Of a DNA stretch of 64,000 bases, positions 44,150-55,775 are shown piece by piece (positions within the stretch are counted from its first letter, which is position 1; the number at the start of each line of letters is the position of its first letter). The notes beneath the pieces were generated by a model. It had not been told where the DNA came from. It worked only from the letters and a program-made list of their open reading frames with translations, and ran no database searches. The translations under genes and the position numbers were made by a program. Source of the DNA: the human T2T-CHM13v2.0 reference genome, Homo sapiens; assembly GCF_009914755.1 (NCBI RefSeq), contig NC_060925.1. One strand, written 5' to 3'.

Positions 44150-44361
44150 CTTCTGAGATCATCTGAGTAACATCGGTGTTGGAGAAGGGAAGAGCAGAGA
44201 TGAGGCATCCACAGGCAGCCCTGGATCCTGAGTGTAAACATCTGGGAGGAGGCGGGGGATGAAGGAGAGCCTGGCCTCCCCAGCTTGCCAGGCACAAGGC
44301 TGAGCGGGAGGAAGCGAGAGGCATCTAAGCAGGCAGTGTTTTGCCTTCACCCCAAGTGACC
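44150..44361 (+). promoter_or_regulatory. PROK1: PROK1 proximal promoter and 5'UTR (no obvious TATA box)
   Basis: Immediately upstream of the ATG. Forkhead motif TGTAAACA at 44233-44240, NR5A-like CAAGGCT ~44295, Kozak ACCATGA. Confidence 0.6.
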
Positions 44362-44433
44362 ATGAGAGGTGCCACGCGAGTCTCAATCATGCTCCTCCTA
44401 GTAACTGTGTCTGACTGTGCTGTGATCACAGGG
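44362..44433 (+). CDS. PROK1: Prokineticin-1 (EG-VEGF) coding exon 1: [24 protein letters not shown] (signal peptide plus start of AVITGA)
   Basis: Exact known N-terminus; donor GGG|GTAAGT at 44434. Confidence 0.97.
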
Positions 44434-47105
44434 GTAAGTCGCCTAACATTCTCTGTGCCTTGGGTTTTGGGAAGATGTCAGGGTCTGCACGGGTTGTGAG
44501 CCCAGGAACCATGCAGGAGGCTCTGTTGGCTCAACACAGTGTGAACCAAAGGGAATGGGGAATTATGCATTAAAGGGATTGCATGCGATTTTCAGACTAG
44601 TTAGACCTCACTCTACTAAATGGGATCTGCTTTTGAGAAGCTGTGTATGAATCAAATCCTGTTTTCAATGTGTTAGCAGAGCATTGAACATTTTGAAGTT
44701 CAGTCCTTTGGTAAAGTGAAGATTCCTATTAAGTAATAAGGAATTCCTTTATAAAGTGGATTGGCAAACCTTAACTTATCTTTTGTGTGAATTTTAATTT
44801 TTATTTATGGTCTGATTCACATATTAATATTAATATTAATTTACATAGCATGTTGACTTAATTAAAGGCAGTAAGCTTAATTAAAGGTGGTAAGCTTATA
44901 AACTTCTATTGTATAAACTTAACCTCCGCTTAGAAAGGATATCTTTGAAACTCTTTCACTCTGTGCCTGCCTAGTTAGTTCTGAGAGGAATATGGGTGCC
45001 ACTAACATTCAGCTGAGTGTACCCCAAAGCAAGCATCCAGATAACAAGTAGATATCCAGTCTCGAAGCAGAGAAGCAAAGGTTCAGCATATGGGCACTGT
45101 ACAATTGGTTCAAAATATTCAGATCATGGTTTTCTCTCGGAAGTTTGCTTTTACCTCAAACCACCTTCAAATAGGGGCACATGATGTGTTATGGTAGCAG
45201 GACCATTCTTACTGAAGCAGAAAGCAATGCTGTACCTGAGAGCTTTCCATATAAAATCCACTGGAAGAAAAAGGTCGGGGAAGCAGGGAAACTAACTTTT
45301 AGTTCAGCCTCCACCAGCTTTTTACATGGATAGTGGAAATGTAGAGAAATGCCAAACAATTCCTGGAATTGGGTTAATTTTACCATTCACAGAAAGGACA
45401 AATTCTTTCTTTTCTCTTTTAAAGGAAAAACACTGAGTTCAAAAGAACAAATATTAAAGGCGAGTCAAATGCTTTTGAGATCCAAAGCAAAAATAAAAAT
45501 AATTGTGAAGGCAGAATTATACCTAATGAAGTGTTTACACTGTAGGCTGCCCTTCTATGGGGTAGCTTGAAAATCTGGGAGGGCAAGAACAATGGAGAGA
45601 AGCCCCGGCTGCTGCGCGGTGAGGGCAGGAGCAGCGTGGTTGGCCTGGATGCCAGGCTTGCCTCACCACCCGTGCCAGCTCCAGCACTGGCCCAGAGTGA
45701 CAGCAGGGCAGGCAGATCTGAGAGCGGCAGGCAAACATTTTCACGGTGAAAAGCACAATAGAGAGCACTTTTCCCTAGGTGAGGGAAACCCAGGAAAGAC
45801 AGGTGAGTGGTGAGAACAGGGCAGTAAGGGGAAGTCAGGAACCCCCAGGCTCCCCACATCCTCCATGTCCTGCTGGTGTCCCACTTCTGATTTTCAGCAG
45901 GAGCCCAGGCTCCACCACCTCTACACTCCCCTGCTCCCTGGACTGTAACTGTCCCCACATCCAAGGCTTTATGATCCTTCTTCCAAGAGTGGGACAGTGA
46001 TGCCCCACCTCTATGGGAGAAGAAGAGTCGACTGGGGTTTCCTTTACCCCAACCCCAAGCTTTTGTGGCCTGGCTGGGTGTGAGACGTGCCCTTGCTGGG
46101 CTGGAGACAGGCACAGCTGGGTGCCCACCACCCGTAACTCCTCTGCATGATCTGTGGAGCTGACATCCACTCTTTCCCTCTTGGGTCTGAGCAAGTAGGA
46201 GGCTTCCAGGTCCTGCCACGTCCCACACAGCAGCCTGAAGGTGCCCATAGGCTTTTATTGGAGAAGAGTGATCCAAAACCCAGCTTTGCATTTCAGCTCA
46301 GAAAAGCCACATAGCATCTCTGAGAATGGCAAGTGTGGATGCTTCTTCAGCAGGTCCCCACCTGAGTCTGGAGCAGTTAAGAGTTCTGTCTTCCCCGGCT
46401 CTGGCTTTTATTTAACGTGGGCTCATGTTAAATGTGAGCTTATTTAATGTGGCCTTCTTTACAAATGGTACCTTCCCCAAACCAGGCAGGGCCGCTCAGC
46501 TCCTGTTCTGCGATCCTCTCTGGGAATCATGGAAGTCAGTAGAGAAACCCTGGGAGAGGCACCTGTTCACTGGGGTGCTGGCCCCTCTGCTGAGGCTGGG
46601 CCACTTGAGGGCCAGGATGGGGGTGCCTCCATGCAGAGGGGAGGGACTGACCACAGTGCAGAGTCAGGGCTGGAGACTCCTGGTCCAAGGCAGCTCAGTA
46701 CTGACCACCAAGGAATTTGGGCCATCAGGGTCCCTCCCACCTCTGAGAATTCTAATTAATTCAATTCCACCAGCATCCACTGAGCATCTACTTAGCCCTA
46801 GAAAAGCTATGCCTTCTAACCTCCAGCCTTGTCAGAAAAGGAGGACTGTCTTCCTTCTGAGTGGCCTCCAGGAGCTTGGAAGTTTCCTCAGATCCAGATC
46901 CAATGCCCCCCTGAGCCCTGAGCCTCCCCACGAGGGGAGCAAGGCAATAAAGTGTGGCCCAGGGTGTTCTGTTAGGCTAAGGCCGGGGGTGATACTCTCA
47001 GCCTCTTCTTGCTCCATCCTGATAAGGGCTTTTTGGATCTACCCTTCCCTTCTGCTTTCTCTTGGGTGCACTAATGAACTGTTCCCTTCTCTCTCCCTCC
47101 TACAG

Positions 47106-47231
47106 GCCTGTGAGCGGGATGTCCAGTGTGGGGCAGGCACCTGCTGTGCCATCAGCCTGTGGCTTCGAGGGCTGCGGATGTGCACCCCGCTGGGGCGGGA
47201 AGGCGAGGAGTGCCACCCCGGCAGCCACAAG
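47106..47231 (+). CDS. PROK1: PROK1 coding exon 2: [42 protein letters not shown]
   Basis: Pyrimidine tract plus TACAG acceptor; donor AAG|GTACTC; 6 of the 10 prokineticin cysteines; phase 0. Confidence 0.97.
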
Positions 47232-48204
47232 GTACTCTGCAGACACTGCATAGGTGCACATATGTGGGTGGGCCATGCGGGGAGCAGAGGGTGATGTCCT
47301 GGGGCCTTGCTCTAGCTAGGAAGGCTAGAGAGGCTGGCTCCAGAGAGGCAGTCTAGGGAGGCTGTGGCTCCAGAGGACTTCACCCTCCTCTGATAGCTGA
47401 TCCAGCCCTGATCCAGCCCCTGAATGTCCAAGGGGAAGCAGAAGGCTATGGGGTTGCTGTGCCCCTGCCATCAACAGGCATCCACCTTACTTAGTGCCCT
47501 GCAGATGACACATTTGTACATTTATTTGTACAGGGCCTGACATAATTCATCTACAAACTTCTAGCACAGGTTGGAGAACCACTGATCTTTATTTGATCCT
47601 CACTGCAACCCTGGGCAATGCTGAGGAAACTGACATACAGCAAAGTCATGTGACTTGCTCAAGGCACACAACCAATGAGACAGAGCTGGGACTGGAACTG
47701 CAGTTTTCCGATGCCACCTCTAGTCATACCTCACTGATGTTGGGCACTGCCTCCTTGTTTTTGGGGGGCAGCCTCAGGTGGAGGGGTGCCACTGATCTTA
47801 TAGGCTGTTAAACAAGCTGGGCATTCCCAGCCCCTAATTTGCTGTGTGGACTTGGGCAAACTACCTCACCTGCTCTCAGGCCACACTTATATGATGAGTG
47901 GAGCAAACTCACTACCTCTAATGTCCCTTATGGATCTGATGAATTCAGATTTGGGAAGGATCTCACATGCCCTTTGCTCTGTAAGAACTTCCCTTCAGGG
48001 ACACAAAAGTAGACCCACAAAATCGCCTTCCACACCTGGTCAGGCCTACAGTGAGGCAAGTGAGGTGCCCACTTTAAGAAGTCACTCTCTCTTGTGGCCT
48101 AAGTACATAGCTCCTGCCTTGCTCCCACTCCTTGACCTCCAGCTCCCAGTCCAGAGTCCTCTGGAGCCACAGCATCCCTGCTGCTCTCCCTCTCTGGAGC
48201 CACT

Positions 48205-48422
48205 TTACCACACTTTACCAGTTAACCAGTGAAGCTCCCAATTCCCACAGCTTTTTCATTAAAATGCAAATGGTGGTGGTTCAATCTAGTCTGACATTGA
48301 CATATTAGAAGGCAATTAGGGCATTTCCACAGGCTCTCAGGTGACTTGCTTTCCTCCCTGGGCCTTGCCCCTCTCCCTACATGTACCCCTCTGTCTGAAT
48401 TAGACATTCCTGAACACAGGCT
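48205..48422 (+). repeat. Intronic permuted copy of two PROK1 3'UTR segments
   Basis: 48205-48328 vs 50187-50310 match at 117/124 ungapped; 48338-48422 vs 49803-49887 match at 75/85 ungapped. Confidence 0.92.
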
Positions 48423-49376
48423 TTCAGGCTTACCAGCTGTCTTCCACCTGGACTCAGGCATGTTTCCTGCTCTTCGGGGACTTGCCTGCACCCCGGCTCG
48501 GTGCTCATCTCTAGGCACGGAGCGTCCTCCAGCGGTTTCTCTCCCAATCACAGCCCCTGTCCAACCTCCTGTCCCAGGACGAAGAGGGGCTAGGGAGTGG
48601 TGAACGAGTCAGGACAATGTGGCAGTCCTTGTAACCTTGGGGAATGTGAGGTGGTTCAGCTCCAGATCCATATTCCCAATACAGACAACAGTGATAAAAA
48701 AACTAATGCTGAGTGCTTCCTGTATGCCACCCTTCATACTGGGTGCTTTTTGTTATTTTAACCTCTTTATAACCACATGTGGTAGGTGCTATTATTAAAC
48801 CATTTTACAAATGATAAAGCTGAGGCACAGAGAGGCCAAATGATTTGCTGATTATCACACAGCTGGGAAGCGGTAGACCTGGGATTTGAACCCAGGCAGT
48901 CTGACAATGGGCCCATGCTCCTAACTTCTCCCTGAGGATACCCCATTGGTTTAGCACTCCTCTAGGGTGTGAGTCAGGGCAGAGATGGTGGCTGTCCTAT
49001 TCACGGCTGCACTTGCAGCACCCACCATGGTTTTGAGCCCATAATGGATGAGCAACAAACATTCAATCAATGGACATGTGTGTGCGTGTGTGTGTGTGTG
49101 TGCAGGCACATGTGTGCTGAGTCTCCAGAGCCAGGTAGCCTGGGTGCAAATCCTAGCTCCTCCACAAATTAGCTGTGTGATCTTGGCGTATTGCTTAGCC
49201 ACACCGTACCTCGGTTTCCTCATCTCTAATTGCTATTATTGTTGTGCTAGGTGCAGTGGAGAAGTGGGCTAGGGTGTGGGGGTGAGACTTTTGCCAGTGC
49301 TGGGCTGAGCAGAGACTGCTGCCAGGAGGCCCACCTACCTCCCTTTGGTGAAGGTGTTGATTTCTTCTCTCCTTAG

Positions 49377-49496
49377 GTCCCCTTCTTCAGGAAACGCAAG
49401 CACCACACCTGTCCTTGCTTGCCCAACCTGCTGTGCTCCAGGTTCCCGGACGGCAGGTACCGCTGCTCCATGGACTTGAAGAACATCAATTTTTAG
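49377..49496 (+). CDS. PROK1: PROK1 coding exon 3: [39 protein letters not shown]
   Basis: TTTCTTCTCTCCTTAG acceptor; the remaining 4 Cys; TAG at 49494-49496; total 24+42+39=105 aa. Confidence 0.97.
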
Positions 49497-50505
49497 GCGC
49501 TTGCCTGGTCTCAGGATACCCACCATCCTTTTCCTGAGCACAGCCTGGATTTTTATTTCTGCCATGAAACCCAGCTCCCATGACTCTCCCAGTCCCTACA
49601 CTGACTACCCTGATCTCTCTTGTCTAGTACGCACATATGCACACAGGCAGACATACCTCCCATCATGACATGGTCCCCAGGCTGGCCTGAGGATGTCACA
49701 GCTTGAGGCTGTGGTGTGAAAGGTGGCCAGCCTGGTTCTCTTCCCTGCTCAGGCTGCCAGAGAGGTGGTAAATGGCAGAAAGGACATTCCCCCTCCCCTC
49801 CCCAGGTGACCTGCTCTCTTTCCTGGGCCCTGCCCCTCTCCCCACATGTATCCCTCGGTCTGAATTAGACATTCCTGGGCACAGGCTCTTGGGTGCATTG
49901 CTCAGAGTCCCAGGTCCTGGCCTGACCCTCAGGCCCTTCACGTGAGGTCTGTGAGGACCAATTTGTGGGTAGTTCATCTTCCCTCGATTGGTTAACTCCT
50001 TAGTTTCAGACCACAGACTCAAGATTGGCTCTTCCCAGAGGGCAGCAGACAGTCACCCCAAGGCAGGTGTAGGGAGCCCAGGGAGGCCAATCAGCCCCCT
50101 GAAGACTCTGGTCCCAGTCAGCCTGTGGCTTGTGGCCTGTGACCTGTGACCTTCTGCCAGAATTGTCATGCCTCTGAGGCCCCCTCTTACCACACTTTAC
50201 CAGTTAACCACTGAAGCCCCCAATTCCCACAGCTTTTCCATTAAAATGCAAATGGTGGTGGTTCAATCTAATCTGATATTGACATATTAGAAGGCAATTA
50301 GGGTGTTTCCTTAAACAACTCCTTTCCAAGGATCAGCCCTGAGAGCAGGTTGGTGACTTTGAGGAGGGCAGTCCTCTGTCCAGATTGGGGTGGGAGCAAG
50401 GGACAGGGAGCAGGGCAGGGGCTGAAAGGGGCACTGATTCAGACCAGGGAGGCAACTACACACCAACCTGCTGGCTTTAGAATAAAAGCACCAACTGAAC
50501 TGAGA
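49497..50505 (+). other. PROK1: PROK1 3'UTR (~1 kb)
   Basis: From the stop codon to the inferred cleavage site downstream of AATAAA. Confidence 0.8.
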
Positions 50506-50520
50506 TGTGTGGTGTGGTAT
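50481..50520 (+). terminator. PROK1: PROK1 polyadenylation signal AATAAA (50481-50486) with downstream GU-rich element
   Basis: AATAAA followed ~20 nt later by TGTGTGGTGTGGT. Confidence 0.85.
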
Positions 50521-51083
50521 TCCTGCTGTCGGTTTCAGCCAGGGCCTATGCCTCTGTGGCAACCTGGGGAGGAAGGCAAGGACCAGGTTGTGTCCAGGTT
50601 GGGGAGGGGTGTGACTGGTGTTCCTCCCTTCCCCAACCCGGCCAGGGTCTCTTTTTCGGAGAGAGTGGATTTCAGGGTCTTTTTGAAGAAAGGATAAGAG
50701 GCAGCCTCGTGGGCTCTGGGCAGGTGGTACGCTGCTCAGAAGGGTTGGGGGCAGGAAGGGGCTGTGAGCTGACATGGGCTGGAAAGATTCCATTGCTGAG
50801 ATTGCTTAGCAGGGACCAGCTGCAACTCTCATTTTTGAAATTTGGTCCCATTTGTTTTAGGTTAAATATTTGACCCCACCAGGCCACTGTGTGCCTGGAG
50901 TGAAGAAATCCACATTACTGATGGAGCTGGCAAGGATGTGAGCCCTCCATCTTAACCCAGAGGCTGGGAGCCTCCTCTAAATGTAGCTTCCTGGTCTCGC
51001 TGTCTCCTCTGCTCCTCAATTTTTAGTCCAGAAAAATGTAACATACAATAGGAAAGCACATCGTGTTCCATTCTATTTCTTAG

Positions 51084-51499
<416 letters not shown>

Positions 51500-51945
51500 C
51501 AGGACAGTCTTTACTCCAGGACCCACTTAAGCCAGGCCAGGCCCCCACAGGGTCCTTTCTTTGTTTGTTTTTGTTTTTGTTTTTGTCTCCTTTTACGGAC
51601 ATTGTCACCTGCTGTGGTGACTTGGGACCTTCTTGCAGCCCTTGAGTCGCTTTCTCCCTTGGTTTCAGGCTCAGGTCCTGGATATAAAGTTCCCTTCCAC
51701 GTCCAGGATTCCATTTTGACCATGGCTTGTCCTTTGACATTCATAGCTTTTCTCGAGGTACCATTGACTGCTGCCTGGTGGACTTTTGTGGAGCCCTTTC
51801 TAAATTGTGACCCTCCCTGCAAGCAGAGCCATCCTGGATGAGGCAAGTTCTTGTCTCAGAGCAGCGGAGGGCAGGCTAAGGTGGCTGCAGGCACCAGGAC
51901 ACCCCGTGGTGCTCACTAATATGCCAGTTGCTGCTGTGTAATCTG

Positions 51946-52022
51946 TTAGGGTGGTGCAAAAGTAATTGCAGTTTTGCCATTAAAAGTAGTGGAAAACCAC
52001 AATTACTTTTGCACCAACCTAC
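51946..52022. mobile_element. MADE1 (Hsmar1-derived palindromic MITE)
   Basis: TTAGGGTGGTGCAAAAGTAATTG...CAATTACTTTTGCACCAACCTA inverted terminal repeats. Confidence 0.9.
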
Positions 52023-52073
52023 TAATTGGACCCATTTTCATATTTTCTTTTCTGTTTTTTAAGAGAGAGAGGG

Positions 52074-53230
<1,157 letters not shown>

Positions 53231-54603
53231 TTCTCATTTCTTATTATCCGAATTTTGAGGAATGTAGAATTGGTCCCCATTCCTATTACTGAAGACAAAA
53301 GGGCGGAGAAAGGAGAGGCTCGGGGGGTTAAGAAGAATACATTTGTGAGTATTCTTTATATTCAGGAATATGTTCTTCATAAATATAAAAATAATTTACT
53401 TATAAGAATGTACCTATAAGAAAAATGAATTAGATGCAATTAAATTAAATTAGAAACAGATGAAACTGACATAGCTTCAAGATAGGGAGGAGCCTTCAAT
53501 TGCAGCCTTTACCTCCTATTTTGCACCAACACTTTCCTCACCAACTGGTGGTGTCTGCTACCATCTAGTGGTTGAAGTGGGGACAGCACAGGGGAGCTGA
53601 AGTGGAAAAGATGGGCGACTCAGAGGCCACTCCTCAAAGCAGATAGGGACCATTCTGCAGCTATCCTCAAACATTAGTCTCAGTAACAGGTTTAGAGGGA
53701 TGGCACTTCTGTTTGTGGAAAGAAGTCTGCCACCCTATGGACCACACGAAAAATGCTTAATTGCTACTTGGGCCCTGTGCCATCCTGGACACTTCTTTTT
53801 TCGGAGCTGCTGTCCTCTTCCTGCTGGGATTTTAGGAAAGGCTGAGGGCATCCCCTCTCACAGCTTCTCAAGGATCGAGAAAGTGGAGGTGGGCAGGGGT
53901 CGGAATAACACTATTGAGTGTCCCCTTCCTTCATTTGTGTATCCTTGGGACACAGCATGAACGGCAAGAGCTGCCTCTCTGAGGATTTTTCATCATTCGA
54001 TCCCCTCCCCAAATCTGCATTTCTGTCATTCACCTTGGTCAAGGCTTCCACCCTCTCCCTGGTATCCAGAGGGAGGCCGGGGTGGGCTAGAGCCTGGAGC
54101 CCTCGCCACCAAGGAGGAAGGGCTAGACACAGACTGAGAGGAGGGCAGCCGCCAGAGCAGTTATCCTGGGAGCTCTCCTGAGGGCCTGAAACACTCAAAG
54201 GAGATTAAGTGGAAATCTGCTGCTAAATCCAGCTCCACCTGAATATTTAACAGTGAACATGGGACAGTGTAGTCCATAGAATGCCAACTGGCTGATGACT
54301 GAGCAGGCACAGGTGAGTGCATGCTGACTGCTGTTCCTCCTGTCCAGTGATCCCCTTCTGAGGCCCCAGGAGGCAGTGGCCAGAGGTGAGACCCAAGGAG
54401 GAGCAGGAAGCCTCCCAAAGCCAAAGGGAAAGGTCAGCTCAGCAGAGGCTCCGAGGTTGGGGACCTGCTTCAGAGTTGAATTTGCAGGACGAATGACAGC
54501 TGGATTTTACTTAGAGTGTGTGTTTTGTCTAGGGTGGCTGTGCTTGGGCAGGGGCTGAGGTGGGGCCAAGACCCTCGAGCTATGGAGGGCAACACTTGAT
54601 GTT

Positions 54604-54947
54604 TGTCTTACTCCGTTTCTGCTGCTATAACAAAATACCTGTGACCGAGTAATTTATGAAGAACAGAAATGTATTTCTCATAATTCTGGAGGCTGAGAAG
54701 TCCAAGATCAAGGCACCAGCAGATTCAGTGTCTGCTCAAGGCTTTCTTTTTATCCTCATATGGCAGAAGGTAGAAGGGCAAAAGGGGCTGGCTAGTTCCC
54801 TGGAGCCCTTTTATTAGGGCACTAATCCCATTCACAAGGGCAGATCCTATTCTGACCTAATCACCCGCAAGGCTCCACCTCTTAATATTATTGCATGGGT
54901 GGTTAAATTTCAACACATAAATTCAGGGGGACATTCAGACCACAGCA
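54604..54947 (-). mobile_element. MST/MLT1A-like MaLR LTR
   Basis: TGTCTTA...GCTGCTATAACAAAATACC...GAAGTCCAAGATCAAGGCACCAGCAG...ATTCAGACCACAGCA. Confidence 0.75.
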
Positions 54948-55339
54948 GCATTCCTACTTCTTCATACCCTTGACAGTGACAATCACTGAGTTCCAGAAAT
55001 TGCTACTTGAAAATGTGACCCATATACTGCCCAGGCTGGTCTCAAACTCCAGGTCTCAAGCATTCCTCCTGCCTTGGCCTCCCAAAGCACTGGGATTACA
55101 GGTGTGAGCCACTGCGCCTGGCCCAGTAGTCGGCCTTGACCTGTGAGTCTAGCCCAAGAGTCAACCTTGAGGATTCGCCTGGGTTGTCAAAAAATCAGAT
55201 TCTACCAGTGGGGGAAGGAAGCACAAGGTGGCCTGGGGGCACATTCTCTGTCTGGGTATCTTTGGGGACACCTGTTCTGATTGGGAGCTGGAAAGGAAAA
55301 CAATAAGAGCCATTGTTAAACAAACAGGTTTTCTCCATC

Positions 55340-55775
55340 GAATGACAAGTGAATGAATAAAACACACTATATCCACACAATGGAGTATTATGCAGCCATG
55401 AAAAAGAATGAAGTATTGATATACACCATAACATGGAGGAACCTTGAAAACATCATGCTGGGTGAAAGAGCCAGTCACAGAAGGCCACATCTTGTATAAT
55501 TCTATTTATGGGAAATGTCCTGAATAGGTAACTCTGTAGAGACAGAAAGTAGATTAGCTGTTGCCCAGGGCTGGGGTGGGCTGCAGGTAGGAAAATAGGC
55601 GGTGACTGTTAATGTTCTTTTTGGAGCCATAAGAATGTTCAAAATTAGTTAGTAGGCATGGTGGCACAACTCTGTGAGTATCCTAAAAATTATTTGAAAT
55701 GTATATTTTAAATGGGTGAATGGTCTGGTATGTAAATTATATCACCATAAAGCTGTTTTAAAAATACTAAAATCC
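55340..55775 (+). mobile_element. Old L1M 3' end fragment
   Basis: ACAATGGAGTATTATGCAGCCATGAAAAAGAATGAAG...GAAAGAGCCAGTCACAGAAGGCCACAT. Confidence 0.75.

Noticed and set aside
45419-46291. 290-aa minus-strand ORF in PROK1 intron 1
   Set aside because: Non-ATG start, no recognisable domain and GC-rich intron context; consistent with chance.
46425-47294. 289-aa plus-strand ORF
   Set aside because: Only 47106-47231 is PROK1 exon 2. The upstream part is intronic open frame and the real N-terminus is in exon 1.
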